A DNA stretch of 64,000 nucleotides from Gammaproteobacteria bacterium (GCA_029287435.1 JARFRD010000063.1:5431-69430), one strand, 5' to 3'. Shown: positions 1-11,036, counted from the first letter of the stretch. Notes: a model not told the origin generated them from the letters alone. Numbers and translations: made by a program.

Positions 1-393
1 GGATTCGACGACTTCGAAGACAATCCACATAAGCCGCGCAACATAACGGAAAATACTGTTGCCTATACTGGTACCCACGATAACAACACTTTACGAGGCT
101 GGTTCTCATCGCTTTCTGTGCAGCAGCAGGAACACGTTCGTCACACTATTGGTATCTCGCCGCAAGATGATATTGTCTGGTCAATGATAGAATCTTCTAT
201 GTTTTCCAGGGCCTGTCTGTCAGTTATACCTATGCAGGATTTTCTGGAACTCGGAAAAGATGCCAGACTGAATACACCGGGCACAATGGAGGGCAACTGG
301 AACTGGATGCTGTCGATGGAGAGCCTGGACAATGATCTACAACTGCGCATTCATGATTTACTGAATGAAAGTGGGCGTTTAGCAAATGAGTAA
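1..393 (+). CDS. malQ: 4-alpha-glucanotransferase (amylomaltase), C-terminal fragment; the gene begins upstream of the window
   Basis: Frame-1 translation from position 1 reads ...NITENTVAYTGTHDNNTLRGWF...LNTPGTMEGNWNWML..., the conserved GH77 C-terminal motifs. It is continuous with the 118..393 track ORF. Confidence 0.8.
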   Translation, partial: GFDDFEDNPHKPRNITENTVAYTGTHDNNTLRGWFSSLSVQQQEHVRHTIGISPQDDIVWSMIESSMFSRACLSVIPMQDFLELGKDARLNTPGTMEGNWNWMLSMESLDNDLQLRIHDLLNESGRLANE

Positions 394-2560
394 TTACAAA
401 TGGCAGATGCAGCAACTTCAGCAGGGCAGACTACATGATCCGTTTGCCGTACTCGGTGTTCAGCCATGTAACGGTGGCTCAATCGTAAGAGCGATGATGC
501 CGACAGCAGAGTCTGTAAACCTGCAGGGTTTTGGAGCAATGACCCGGCTGCAGGGTACGGACATTTTTGAGTTCCAACTTACCCGCAAGCAGACCGCAGC
601 TTTACCCCAGCATTACAAACTGGACTGGGTGGAAAAGCATCAAGGTAACAGTTATGAGGTTATTTCTCCCTATAGCTTCTCACCACAGATTGGTGACCTT
701 GATCTGCATCTGTTTGCTGAGGGGCGTCACCATCATGCCTATCGCTTTCTTGGCGCCAGACTGATGACTGTGGATGGTATAGCCGGTTGCCAGTTCGCTG
801 TCTGGGCTCCAGGTGTCAAACGCGTTAGTGTAGTTGGAAGCTTCAACGGCTGGCATGGATTGCGCCACCTGATGCGTAATCGTGGCTATTCAGGTATATG
901 GGAAATCTTCATCCCCGGATTAACCAGTGGAGATAATTACCAGTATGAAATCCTCACCGAGGATGATTCTGTTTTGACCAAGATTGATCCTTACGCACAA
1001 CAAATGAAGTCAAGACCTCAGATTGATTGTGTTGTTCCTGCAGATGAACAATTTGAGTGGCAGGATGACCAGTGGATGACGCAGCGAAAGAACTGGGACT
1101 GGCAGCGCGAACCAATGGCAATTTACGAGCTACACCTTGGTTCCTGGCAAAGAAACAAGCAAGGTGATTTCATGAATTACCGCGATATTGCATTACGCCT
1201 GGTCGATTACGTATCAGCTTTAGGTTACACACATATTGAACTGTTGCCTGTGATGGAACATCCACTGGACCAGTCCTGGGGCTACCAGGTGACAGGCTTC
1301 TATGCTCCCACGGCACGTTTCGGTTCACCGAATGATTTTCGTTTTCTGGTAGACCTTTGTCATCAGAGGGGTATCGGTGTGATGCTTGACTGGGTACCGG
1401 GGCATTTTCCGCGAGATGAATACGCACTGGCTCGTTTTACTGGCAGGGCAACCTATGAACATGCCGACCCACGGCGAGGTGAGCACAAAGACTGGGGTAC
1501 ATTGATCTTTGACTACGGTCGAAATGAGGTGAAGAATTTCCTGTTATCCAATGCAATCTACTGGCTGCAGGAATTTCATGTCGACGGACTGCGTGTGGAT
1601 GCCGTGGCTTCTATGCTTTATCTGGATTATTCGAGAAAGGACGGCGAATGGATGCCAAATGAATTTGGCGGTCGGGAAAATCTCGAAGTGATCGCTTTTT
1701 TCAAGGATCTCAATGAAGTCGTACATGCCAGTTTCCCCGGTGCCCTGACTATGGCGGAAGAGTCGACCTCGTGGCCAATGGTGTCACGCCCGGTCTATCT
1801 TGGCGGGCTTGGGTTTTCCATGAAATGGAATATGGGGTGGATGAACGATACGCTGGAATATATCGAGTTTGATCCGGTACATCGCAAGTATCACCAGGAC
1901 AAGTTAACTTTCAGTCAGCTGTATGCCTACACGGAGAATTTCATTCTGCCGTTTTCGCATGATGAGGTCGTGCACATGAAGCGCAGCATGCTCGACAAGA
2001 TGCCTGGTGACGAATGGCAGAAGCGAGCCAACCTCAGGTTGTTATATGCGTGGCAGTATGCTCATCCCGGCAAGAAACTGCTCTTTATGGGCGGTGAGTT
2101 TGGTCAATGGGATGAATGGGACTGTCAAAAAGCCCTGGACTGGTCATTAGCCTCTGTAGCGGGACATCAGGGCTTGCAGTTTCTGGTTGGTGATCTGAAT
2201 CGACTTTACCGCCAGTACAGTGCCCTGCACCAACGTGATTTCTCCGGCGATGGGTTCGAATGGATTGACTGTGAAAATCGGGATCAATCGGTATTGTCTT
2301 TCATTCGCTGGTCAGAGCATGATCATATTGTCTGTTTGTTTAATTTTACTCCGGTGCCTCGTCATGCTTATCGCATTGGTGTGCCTGAAGTTGGTGACTA
2401 CCATGAGATACTGAATACCGATTCGGACTATTATGGCGGCAGCAATCAGGGTAATGAAGGAGTTCTTAACGCACATGCGCAGGTCTGGAAGGGAATGCCT
2501 GCTTCCGTCGAGCTGACATTACCGCCGCTGTCGGCACTGCTGCTTAGAAAACAATCATGA
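386..2560 (+). CDS. glgB: 1,4-alpha-glucan (glycogen) branching enzyme
   Basis: 724 aa with GH13 catalytic motifs (DGLRVDAVASMLYLDYSR, GWHGLRHLM) and an N-terminal CBM48-like region. It overlaps the malQ stop by 8 nt. Confidence 0.95.
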   Translation: MSNYKWQMQQLQQGRLHDPFAVLGVQPCNGGSIVRAMMPTAESVNLQGFGAMTRLQGTDIFEFQLTRKQTAALPQHYKLDWVEKHQGNSYEVISPYSFSPQIGDLDLHLFAEGRHHHAYRFLGARLMTVDGIAGCQFAVWAPGVKRVSVVGSFNGWHGLRHLMRNRGYSGIWEIFIPGLTSGDNYQYEILTEDDSVLTKIDPYAQQMKSRPQIDCVVPADEQFEWQDDQWMTQRKNWDWQREPMAIYELHLGSWQRNKQGDFMNYRDIALRLVDYVSALGYTHIELLPVMEHPLDQSWGYQVTGFYAPTARFGSPNDFRFLVDLCHQRGIGVMLDWVPGHFPRDEYALARFTGRATYEHADPRRGEHKDWGTLIFDYGRNEVKNFLLSNAIYWLQEFHVDGLRVDAVASMLYLDYSRKDGEWMPNEFGGRENLEVIAFFKDLNEVVHASFPGALTMAEESTSWPMVSRPVYLGGLGFSMKWNMGWMNDTLEYIEFDPVHRKYHQDKLTFSQLYAYTENFILPFSHDEVVHMKRSMLDKMPGDEWQKRANLRLLYAWQYAHPGKKLLFMGGEFGQWDEWDCQKALDWSLASVAGHQGLQFLVGDLNRLYRQYSALHQRDFSGDGFEWIDCENRDQSVLSFIRWSEHDHIVCLFNFTPVPRHAYRIGVPEVGDYHEILNTDSDYYGGSNQGNEGVLNAHAQVWKGMPASVELTLPPLSALLLRKQS

Positions 2561-4032
2561 AAGTTCTGTTTACCTCGAGTGAGATGTATCCCTTGATAAA
2601 AACGGGCGGTCTGGCTGATGTAAGCTGGAGCCTGCCACAGGCCCTCGCTGCCAATGGGGCCGATGTGCGCATTGTGCTGCCCGCCTACCTGGACATCATG
2701 AAGCAGATAAAAACATTTCGCATCGCTGGCTGGTTGGAATTGCCGGGTGTGAACAGGCACTACGACGCAAGAGTGATCGAGGTGCAGGATGAAACCCTGC
2801 CAGTGAATTTATGGCTGATAGATATCCCGGAGTTATATTGTCGTGCGGGAAACCCTTATCTTGATCCCGATGGTTATGACTGGCCTGATAATGCAGAGCG
2901 CTTCACGGTATTTTCGCGCGCTGTAGCAGGTCTGGCAGTGGATCATGCCAATACCGGCTGGACCCCTGATGTGGTTCACAGCAATGACTGGCAAACTGGA
3001 CTGGTTGCTGCTTTTCTGAGTCTGCAGAGTAGCCCTGTCATTAAAATATTTACCATTCATAATCTTGCCTATGGCGGGCATTACTCGCATGATGAGTTCA
3101 TGGCCCTGAAGCTACCGTCGGAGTGGTGGTCGCATGAATCAGTCGAATTTTACAGCGGTTTCTCCATGCTCAAGGCAGGGATAGTGTTTTCTGATCACGT
3201 AACAACTGTCAGCCCGACCTATGCAAAGGAAATCTGCACTGCTGATTTCGGCTATGGTTTCGAAGGATTGTTGCATTCACGTCAACATAAATTGACTGGA
3301 ATTCTCAATGGCATTGATTCAGACAAGTGGAATCCCGCCACCGATTCCAGTCTTGCCGCTAATTATAGCCCTGGGCAGGATGATATATTCGAAGCCAAGC
3401 GAAAAAACCGTCAGGCATTGTTAAAAGCATTCGGAGCTAATCTGAAACAGTCGCGTAGCGCCGCACCAGTGCTTGGTTTTATTGGTCGGCTGGTGGAACA
3501 GAAAGGTGTTGATCTGCTGTTGCAGGTAATCCCACGCCTGCTTGCTAATACGACGGCACGTTTTGTTGTTCTCGGCAGTGGCCAGGCAGATTATGAACAG
3601 CGATTACAACAACTATCCGAGCTGCACGCTGACAGAGTTTTTCTTCATCTTGGATATTCCGAGCCACTGGCACATCAGATCGAAGCGGGTAGCGACCTGT
3701 TTCTGATGCCTTCACGCTTCGAACCCTGTGGACTGAACCAGCTCTATAGCCTGCGTTACGGTACCCCACCTGTGGTACACAAAACTGGAGGCCTGGCTGA
3801 TACCGTTGTTCATGCCAGCGCAGAAGCATTGCATCAGGGAACGGCAACTGGTTTCGTGTTTACACGACAGCATGCTGATGCCCTGTATGATGCTATAGAC
3901 TATGCTCTGTCTCTGCGACGCCGGCCAAAAGTCTGGAAAAAACTGGTGCAAAATGCCATGCAACAACACTTTGACTGGCAGGACAGTGCGCAGCAATACC
4001 TTGATTTATACCAACAATATGAAGCCAGATAA
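2557..4032 (+). CDS. glgA: glycogen synthase (ADP-glucose type)
   Basis: 491 aa with N-terminus MKVLFTSSEMYPLIKTGGLADV (the K-T-G-G-L motif) and a GT-B fold C-terminal half. Its ATGA start overlaps the glgB stop. Confidence 0.95.
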   Translation: MKVLFTSSEMYPLIKTGGLADVSWSLPQALAANGADVRIVLPAYLDIMKQIKTFRIAGWLELPGVNRHYDARVIEVQDETLPVNLWLIDIPELYCRAGNPYLDPDGYDWPDNAERFTVFSRAVAGLAVDHANTGWTPDVVHSNDWQTGLVAAFLSLQSSPVIKIFTIHNLAYGGHYSHDEFMALKLPSEWWSHESVEFYSGFSMLKAGIVFSDHVTTVSPTYAKEICTADFGYGFEGLLHSRQHKLTGILNGIDSDKWNPATDSSLAANYSPGQDDIFEAKRKNRQALLKAFGANLKQSRSAAPVLGFIGRLVEQKGVDLLLQVIPRLLANTTARFVVLGSGQADYEQRLQQLSELHADRVFLHLGYSEPLAHQIEAGSDLFLMPSRFEPCGLNQLYSLRYGTPPVVHKTGGLADTVVHASAEALHQGTATGFVFTRQHADALYDAIDYALSLRRRPKVWKKLVQNAMQQHFDWQDSAQQYLDLYQQYEAR

Positions 4033-6565
4033 AATGATTGATATCGATGATATAAAGTTATTGAAGTTAAAAGCGATAGACTTCAACGAACCATCAACCA
4101 ATGCGAAAAAGCTGGAGAGGGATTTTCTGTACTATTTGTGCAATCACCTTGGCCATTTTACCAACTGCAGTAAATATAGCCTCTACGAAGCCATGGCTCT
4201 GGTGATACGTGATCGTATCATGGGTAACTGGCATCGAACCTGGGATACTTACCGGCGTAACAAAGTCAGGCGTGCCTCCTACCTGTCACTGGAGTTCCTT
4301 ATTGGCCGTTCACTCGGTAACCATGTCCTGAACCTGGATTTGCGGGACAATATTGACCAGGCCATACAGGATTTCTGTTTCAAGCTGGAAGGCATTGAGC
4401 AGCAGGAACACGATGCCGGGCTAGGCAATGGTGGTCTGGGCAGGCTGGCTGCCTGTTTTATGGATTCCTGTGCTGCACTACAGCTACCGGTGATCGGCTT
4501 TGGCCTGCGTTATGAGTACGGGATTTTCAGGCAGCAACTTGAACATGGTTATCAGATCGAGGAACCAGATCACTGGCTGCGCGAAGGTAATCCATGGGAA
4601 ATCAAACGTAGCGAATTATCTCAGGTAATTCATTTCGGGGGCAGAACGGAAACCGTAACCGATGAGCAGGGCAGAACGGTAAAAAAATGGGTCGATACGC
4701 AGGATATTCTGGCCATTCCCTATGACGTGCCAGTGTCGGGATATCAAAATGATACTGTGAATACCCTGCGTCTGTGGCGTGCGGCAGCTACCGATGAGTT
4801 TTCGCTGGAGGAATTCAATGCTGGTGATTACGCTGAAGCGGTAGAACAAAAAAATCATGCTGAGGCCATTACCATGGTGCTGTATCCCAATGATACCAGT
4901 GAAAATGGCAAGGAACTGCGTCTGCGGCAGCAGTATTTCCTGGCCTCGGCCAGTCTTAAAGATATTCAACGCAGCTGGAAAGAAACCAGTAGTAATGGCA
5001 TGACTGACTTTGCCGAAGGCAATATATTTCAGCTCAATGATACCCATCCTTCGATCGCGGTAGCTGAGTTGATGCGCATCCTGATCGATGAAAATGGTAT
5101 GCAGTGGGATCAGGCATGGGATATCACCACCAGCTGCATGGCCTATACCAACCATACCTTGTTGCCGGAAGCGCTGGAAAAATGGCCGGTGTTTCTATTT
5201 GAACGATTACTGCCGCGTGTTCTCGAGATTATCTACAAGATCAATTCACAGATGCTTAGAGAAATTTCGCAGCGTTGGCCTGGTGACGCGGAACGAATGA
5301 AACGAATGTCGCTAGTCGAGGAAGGAGCAGTGCGCCAGGTCAGGATGGCACATCTGGCCATCGCCGGCAGTTTCTCAGTCAATGGCGTTGCACATCTGCA
5401 TTCCGAGTTATTGAAGGACGGCCTGTTTCGAGATTTTTACGAGCTATGGCCGGAAAAATTCAACAATAAAACCAATGGTGTTACACCACGACGCTGGATT
5501 GCCCATGCCAACCCACTAATGAGTAGCCTGATCAGTCAGCATATAGGTGAAAACTGGCTACGGGATCTGCGCCAGATCGATGCGCTGAAGAAATTCAGTG
5601 ACCCGTCAGAAAAGAAGTTTCACGATACCTGGTATGAGGTCAAGCACCAGAATAAGGAACGTCTGGCACGTCTCGTAGAACAGCAATGTGGCATTGTATT
5701 CAACCCTCACTCGATGTTTGATGTGCAGGTAAAACGTATTCATGAATACAAGCGCCAGTTATTGAATGTACTGCACGTAATTCATCTCTATAACCGCATA
5801 AAAGCTGGTCATGTCGAGAACTGGACCAATCGCTGTGTGCTTATAGGCGGCAAGGCTGCCCCTGGTTATTCACGGGCTAAAATGATAATCAAACTGATCA
5901 ATAATGTTTCCTCAGTAATCAATGAGGATCCTGATATCGGAGATCTTCTGAAGCTCACTTTTTTGCCTAATTTCAGTGTCTCGGCAATGGAGATCATTGC
6001 TCCGGGTACAGACCTGTCGGAACAGATTTCAACGGCAGGAAAGGAAGCCTCGGGAACCGGAAATATGAAGTTCATGATGAATGGTGCCTTGACCATCGGT
6101 ACCTATGATGGTGCCAATATAGAAATACTGGATGCTGTCGGGAAGAATAATTTCTTCCTTTTCGGCCACCGTGTCGAGGATCTGGCAGCGATGAAGGAAC
6201 ACTATAATCCTCAGTCTATCATTGACGGTGATGAGGATCTGCGCAAGGTCATGAACCTGCTCGAGTCAGGTCATTTCAATATTGATGAACCGGGAATCTT
6301 CAATGATCTCATCGATACGCTCAAGGATCGTCATGATCCCTGGTTTACCCTGGCAGATTTTCGTGACTACATTGATACCCAGCAACGTGCAGCAGATTGC
6401 TATCGTGATCGGCAGCAATGGATAAAGATGAGCATCATGAATACTGCATGCTGCGGAATGTTCTCTTCAGACCGAACTATTGAGGAATACAATAACGATA
6501 TATGGAAGCTGGACCAGATTAAACCTGGTCCGATAAATCCGACAACTGCTGAGCCCTCCAGGTAG
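4019..6565 (+). CDS. glgP: glycogen/maltodextrin phosphorylase. Start taken at the internal ATG 4019 (MKPDKMIDI...); the ORF-track extension back to 3902 lies inside glgA.
   Basis: About 848 aa with GT35 hallmarks: EASGTGNMKFMMNGALTIGTYDGANIE (pyridoxal-phosphate Lys region) and LSLEFLIGR. The 3902-4018 extension is in another frame over the glgA 3' end. Confidence 0.9.
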   Translation: MKPDKMIDIDDIKLLKLKAIDFNEPSTNAKKLERDFLYYLCNHLGHFTNCSKYSLYEAMALVIRDRIMGNWHRTWDTYRRNKVRRASYLSLEFLIGRSLGNHVLNLDLRDNIDQAIQDFCFKLEGIEQQEHDAGLGNGGLGRLAACFMDSCAALQLPVIGFGLRYEYGIFRQQLEHGYQIEEPDHWLREGNPWEIKRSELSQVIHFGGRTETVTDEQGRTVKKWVDTQDILAIPYDVPVSGYQNDTVNTLRLWRAAATDEFSLEEFNAGDYAEAVEQKNHAEAITMVLYPNDTSENGKELRLRQQYFLASASLKDIQRSWKETSSNGMTDFAEGNIFQLNDTHPSIAVAELMRILIDENGMQWDQAWDITTSCMAYTNHTLLPEALEKWPVFLFERLLPRVLEIIYKINSQMLREISQRWPGDAERMKRMSLVEEGAVRQVRMAHLAIAGSFSVNGVAHLHSELLKDGLFRDFYELWPEKFNNKTNGVTPRRWIAHANPLMSSLISQHIGENWLRDLRQIDALKKFSDPSEKKFHDTWYEVKHQNKERLARLVEQQCGIVFNPHSMFDVQVKRIHEYKRQLLNVLHVIHLYNRIKAGHVENWTNRCVLIGGKAAPGYSRAKMIIKLINNVSSVINEDPDIGDLLKLTFLPNFSVSAMEIIAPGTDLSEQISTAGKEASGTGNMKFMMNGALTIGTYDGANIEILDAVGKNNFFLFGHRVEDLAAMKEHYNPQSIIDGDEDLRKVMNLLESGHFNIDEPGIFNDLIDTLKDRHDPWFTLADFRDYIDTQQRAADCYRDRQQWIKMSIMNTACCGMFSSDRTIEEYNNDIWKLDQIKPGPINPTTAEPSR

Positions 6566-6668
6566 TTTCTTGATTGCACATAAAATGAGAAAAAACCAGT
6601 CAGTTTGTCTTCAAGCCTGAATGAAATAAGCAGAATATAAACTGCCCATTAAAGTCGAAAACCTCAGT

Positions 6669-6709
6669 CATGCGGCATCACAACAACTAACTCATGTTAA
6701 TGCCGCATG
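6669..6709. terminator. Perfect 10-bp inverted repeat (catgcggcat / atgccgcatg) between the convergent glgP and ppdK genes; candidate bidirectional terminator hairpin
   Basis: The stem and its loop were read directly from the sequence. The right arm overlaps the last ppdK codons, and there is no strong T-run on the plus strand. Confidence 0.35.
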
Positions 6710-9460
6710 CGCTGCCGCCAGTCGTGCGACAGGTACGCGGGGTGCTGAACAGGAAATGTAGTCGAGTCCGGCACGATGACAAAAGTATATCGATGCAGGA
6801 TGTCCGCCATGTTCACCACAAATACCGACCTGCAGATCAGGGCGTGCTTTTCTGCCCCACTCGACTGCCAGTGCCATCAGTTTGCCAACGCCTTTTTCAT
6901 CCAGTACTTCAAATGGGTTGTCCTGAAGTATTCCGTACTCGTTGTACATTGGCAGGAACTTGTTTTCAGCGTCTTCACGAGAGAACGAGAATGTTGCCTG
7001 GGTCAGGTCGTTGGTACCAAAAGAAAAGAACTCTGCTTCTTCGGCGAGATTTTCTGCGCGCATGCAGGCACGCACTACTTCGATCATGGTGCCGAACTGG
7101 AACTGCGGTGCATGACCCAGGTCTTCTTTCAGCTCATCGCTGATAGAATTGACATGTTCTTTTACGTACTGTAGTTCCTGTGCAGTGCATACCTGTGGGA
7201 CCTTGATCTTGGGATGTACTTCGATGCCGTTTTTTTCACACTCTATGGCTGCCTCCAGTATGGCGCGAATCTGCATGGAATAGATTTCCGGGAAGGTTAT
7301 GCCAAGACGGACGCCACGATGACCCAGCATTGGATTAGTTTCATAGAGTACCCGCACCTTTTTCAGCATCGACTCTTTCTTGGCTATGGCTTCCTCAACG
7401 AGGTGAGCCTCGACGAGATGGCGGATCGATTCAGCCTCGCTGCTTGCCCTGTTCGGATCCACCAGCAATGACATAGTGCCTGCAAGCACATCAATACCCT
7501 GGACCGTTTGTTTCAACCGCCTCAGGTACTTAAGCTCATCCATCAACTGGCTCTCTGATGGCAAAAATTCATGTATCGGAGGATCCAGCAGGCGAATGGT
7601 TACCGGATGCGGAGACATTACTTCGAACAGCTCTTTGAAGTCACTGCGCTGCATGGGTAGTAACTTGTCCAGGGCAGCCTGCCGATCTTCAAGTGTGTCT
7701 GCGACGATCATTTCGATCACCACAGGCAGACGATCGACATCATTGAACATTCGCTCAGTACGGCACAGTCCAATGCCTTTAGCGCCATATTTCAGCGCAC
7801 GTCGTCCATCTGAGGCGCTATCGCCGTTGGCCATGACAATCAATCGTGCTGCCTCATCTGCCCAGTGCAGGAGTATATTGAGCTCGGTGGAGAAGTCCGC
7901 TTCAACGGTAGCAATCTCACCGAGATAAACGCGCCCGGTTGTACCATCAAGGGTAATCATGTCACCTTCATGGATTGTGGTATCACCAACAAATGCTTCG
8001 CGCATGGCGACATCCACCTCTATTCCTTCTGCACCTGCAACACAGGGTTTGCCCATGCCGCGAGCGACGACTGCTGCATGCGAGGTCTTGCCGCCCCGGC
8101 TTGTCAGGATCCCCTGCGAGGCGAAGAACCCGTGGATGTCCTCCGGTTTGGTTTCTTCGCGAACCAGAATAACACGCTCACCGGCCTTGCCCTGTTTCTC
8201 TGCCCTGTCGGCATCGAACACGGCACGACCACAGGCTGCGCCTGGCGAAGCAGGTAAACCCTGTGCCAGGGCAGTGGCACGGACATCCGGGTCGATGCGC
8301 GGGTAAAGCATCTGCTCCAGCAATACAGGATCGATACGCAGCAACGCCTGTTTTTTATCTATCAATCCCTCATCTTTCATTTCCACCGAGGTCTTTACCA
8401 TGGCTGCTGCATTCATCTTGCCATTGCGGGTCTGTAGACAATACAGTGTTCCGCGTTCGATGGTAAACTCAAAATCCTGAACTTCATGATAGTGGCTTTC
8501 AAGTTTCTGACGAAGTGCTTCCAGTTGGCGAGCCATTTCCGGCATCTCGTTAACGAGCTGGTCAATTGGCTTTGGTGTGCGGATGCCGGCAACGACATCT
8601 TCGCCCTGTGCATTGACGAGGTATTCGCCATACAGTTTGTTTTCCCCTGTGCCCGGGTTTCGCGTGAAAGCAACGCCAGTGGCAGAGTCATTACCACGAT
8701 TGCCAAATACCATCGTGCAAACATTGACGGCAGTGCCATTGGCCATATCCGGTGTGATATTGAATTCCCGGCGATAGTCGATCGCACGTTTGCCCATCCA
8801 TGAACCAAAGACAGCCTTGATGGCAATCTCCAGCTGCTCATAGGGGTCCTCAGGAAATGGCCGGCCAGTCTGTTCTGCTACGACACGCAGGAATCGTTCG
8901 CTGACTTCTTTAAGGTCGGCAGCAGAAAGTCCGACATCTTCCGATACATGGGCTTTCTGTTTAACTGCTTCGAACTGCTTGTCAAACAGTTCATCATCAA
9001 TGCCCAGAGCAACCTTGCCAAACAACTGTATAAAACGGCGGTAGGAGTCGTAGCCGAAACGTTCATCGCCAGTCTGCCTGATCTCGCCAATGAGGGTTTC
9101 AGAGTTCAGCCCGAGATTGAGTATGGTGTCCATCATGCCTGGCATGGACATGGCAGAACCAGAGCGTACAGATACCAGCAGCGGATCCTCACTATCACCG
9201 AATTTTCTACCGGTAGCAGCCTCCGTGGCCTGCATTTGCATGCGTACCTGTTCCATCAAACCGTCAGGAAGTGCATTATTATCAGCGTCAATGAAGTCCA
9301 GGCAGGCTTCCGTAGTGATGACAAAACCGGGTGGCACATTGAGACCGATCTGGGTCATCTCGCACAGATTAGCTCCCTTGCCGCCAAGCAGTTTCTTGTT
9401 TTTGCCATCGCCTTCGCTAAAGCTGTAGACCCATTTTTTATTTATAGCTGTTTTGTTCAA
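6692..9460 (-). CDS. ppdK: pyruvate, phosphate dikinase
   Basis: 922 aa. The N-terminus KWVYSFSEGDGKNKKLLGGKGANLCEMTQIGLNVPPGFVITTEAC is the PPDK ATP-grasp start. It also has a central phospho-His domain (GGKTSHAAVVARGMGKPCV) and a C-terminal PEP-utilising TIM barrel. Confidence 0.9.
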   Translation of the reverse strand: MNKTAINKKWVYSFSEGDGKNKKLLGGKGANLCEMTQIGLNVPPGFVITTEACLDFIDADNNALPDGLMEQVRMQMQATEAATGRKFGDSEDPLLVSVRSGSAMSMPGMMDTILNLGLNSETLIGEIRQTGDERFGYDSYRRFIQLFGKVALGIDDELFDKQFEAVKQKAHVSEDVGLSAADLKEVSERFLRVVAEQTGRPFPEDPYEQLEIAIKAVFGSWMGKRAIDYRREFNITPDMANGTAVNVCTMVFGNRGNDSATGVAFTRNPGTGENKLYGEYLVNAQGEDVVAGIRTPKPIDQLVNEMPEMARQLEALRQKLESHYHEVQDFEFTIERGTLYCLQTRNGKMNAAAMVKTSVEMKDEGLIDKKQALLRIDPVLLEQMLYPRIDPDVRATALAQGLPASPGAACGRAVFDADRAEKQGKAGERVILVREETKPEDIHGFFASQGILTSRGGKTSHAAVVARGMGKPCVAGAEGIEVDVAMREAFVGDTTIHEGDMITLDGTTGRVYLGEIATVEADFSTELNILLHWADEAARLIVMANGDSASDGRRALKYGAKGIGLCRTERMFNDVDRLPVVIEMIVADTLEDRQAALDKLLPMQRSDFKELFEVMSPHPVTIRLLDPPIHEFLPSESQLMDELKYLRRLKQTVQGIDVLAGTMSLLVDPNRASSEAESIRHLVEAHLVEEAIAKKESMLKKVRVLYETNPMLGHRGVRLGITFPEIYSMQIRAILEAAIECEKNGIEVHPKIKVPQVCTAQELQYVKEHVNSISDELKEDLGHAPQFQFGTMIEVVRACMRAENLAEEAEFFSFGTNDLTQATFSFSREDAENKFLPMYNEYGILQDNPFEVLDEKGVGKLMALAVEWGRKARPDLQVGICGEHGGHPASIYFCHRAGLDYISCSAPRVPVARLAAAHAALT

Positions 9461-9649
9461 TTTTCCTGACCTCGGGAGAGATAATATTTTATAAGTAACT
9501 TGTTACCGGATTATGACAAAGTGCCATTGCGGGAGATAGTAAAAAATCAGATTTCGTAGTCAAGTCATAAAACTCAAAGGTTAATCCTCTGTATAATATG
9601 CAGTGTATTGCGATATGTATTGTAACTAATAAATCATGGAGAGTCCGGG

Positions 9650-10708
9650 ATGTCCGACCATAAGATCACCTTCACCTACCTGTCGCAGGAAGACCTGTTA
9701 GAGGCTGGCTGTTTTGATATTCATATGGCCATGGAAGTGGCAGAGAAAACCATGCTGGCCTTCAAAGATAATCGTATATTATTTCCGGAGAAGATCGTGC
9801 AGATCTTTGATCAGGCTTCGCAGGATCGCATCAACTGCCTGCCGGCCACTTTGCTGGACGAAAAGGTTAGCGGGGTGAAATGGGTATCTGTTTTCCCGGG
9901 AAATCCGGCATTGCATGGCGCACAAAATTTATCTGCTATCTTTGTCCTTTCCGAGATTGAAAAGGGCTTTCCCACTGCCGTAATGGAGGGCACACTTGCT
10001 TCAAATATGCGGGTTGCGGCAATGGGGGGTGTGGCGGCCAAGCATCTGTCCCGCATGGACAGCGAAGTAATAGGTTTCATTGGTGCTGGTGAACAGGCCA
10101 AGATGCATTTGTTAGCCATGAAGGTGGTCAGGCCCAGCCTGAAAGAATGTCGAGTGGCGGCTAAAACTATCGAAGAGGAAGAGCAGTTCATTGAAGAGCT
10201 GTCACCGTTGTTCACAGACATGAACTTCGTCAGTGCGAAGACACATGGTCGTGCAGCGATGGAGGATGCCGATATTCTGGTTACCGCGACCAGCGCCCAG
10301 GCGCCGTTACTAAAGGCCGCCTGGATGAAACCAGGTGCCTTCTACAGTCACATTGGTGGCTGGGAGGACGAATATGAAGTTGCGCAGAATTGTGACAAGA
10401 TCGTCTGTGACGACTGGGACACCGTCACACACCGCACGCAAACATTGAGCAGGATGTATTCTGAAGGCATTATTTCCGGGGCTGATATCCATGCCGATCT
10501 GCATGAGCTTGTTTCAGGACACAAACCGGGTCGTGAGTCTGATGATGAACGCATCTATTTTAATGCTGTTGGACTGGCTTATATTGATGTTGCAATTGGC
10601 TTGTCCATGTACCAGCGCGCCAGCCGTGCGGGAAGCGGTCAGGATCTTGATCTGCAGCAATGCATGATCTTTGAACATCCGGATATTATGAAGCAGGTGA
10701 GGCTATAA
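9650..10708 (+). CDS. ornithine cyclodeaminase / mu-crystallin family protein (a Rossmann-fold imine reductase or cyclodeaminase)
   Basis: 352 aa with the NAD-binding motif VIGFIGAGEQAKMHL and overall OCD/mu-crystallin architecture. The substrate cannot be assigned from sequence. Confidence 0.75.
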   Translation: MSDHKITFTYLSQEDLLEAGCFDIHMAMEVAEKTMLAFKDNRILFPEKIVQIFDQASQDRINCLPATLLDEKVSGVKWVSVFPGNPALHGAQNLSAIFVLSEIEKGFPTAVMEGTLASNMRVAAMGGVAAKHLSRMDSEVIGFIGAGEQAKMHLLAMKVVRPSLKECRVAAKTIEEEEQFIEELSPLFTDMNFVSAKTHGRAAMEDADILVTATSAQAPLLKAAWMKPGAFYSHIGGWEDEYEVAQNCDKIVCDDWDTVTHRTQTLSRMYSEGIISGADIHADLHELVSGHKPGRESDDERIYFNAVGLAYIDVAIGLSMYQRASRAGSGQDLDLQQCMIFEHPDIMKQVRL

Positions 10709-10739
10709 AAGCTGTGATTCGTCAATTAAGTACTGATAC

Positions 10740-11036
10740 ATGTTAAAACGATTAGACGATAACCCCGAAAAGACTGTCACAGTCACAATAGAGGGGCAGC
10801 CCGTCGAGGTTCCTGCTGGCGAGACCGTTGCTGCCGCCGTGCTTGCCAGTGGTATTGGCTACACACGTACAACACCAGTATCCGGCTCCCCACGCGCGCC
10901 CTTTTGCCTCATGGGAGTGTGCTATGAATGCCTGATGATAATTGATGGCCAGCCCAATCAGCGTGCCTGTAAGGAATACGTCGCTGAAGGAATGACCATA
11001 GAACGACAGCATGGTACTGGTGTGCTACAGACATGA
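10740..11036 (+). CDS. (2Fe-2S)-binding small subunit of an HcnA/OoxA-N-terminal/LhpF-like heteromeric flavoprotein dehydrogenase
   Basis: 98 aa with the cysteine pattern C-x4-C...C-x2-C (CLMGVCYECLMIIDGQPNQRAC), typical of gamma subunits of opine oxidase, HCN synthase and D-hydroxyproline dehydrogenase. Confidence 0.65.
   Translation: MLKRLDDNPEKTVTVTIEGQPVEVPAGETVAAAVLASGIGYTRTTPVSGSPRAPFCLMGVCYECLMIIDGQPNQRACKEYVAEGMTIERQHGTGVLQT

Noticed and set aside
3902-4018. Upstream extension of the glgP ORF (track start 3902)
   Set aside because: It overlaps the 3' end of glgA in another frame, and the glycogen phosphorylase N-terminus aligns from the internal Met at 4019. The same reasoning trims 12286->12424 (FAD subunit), 31954->32020 (GlcG-like) and 25686->25641 (arfB).
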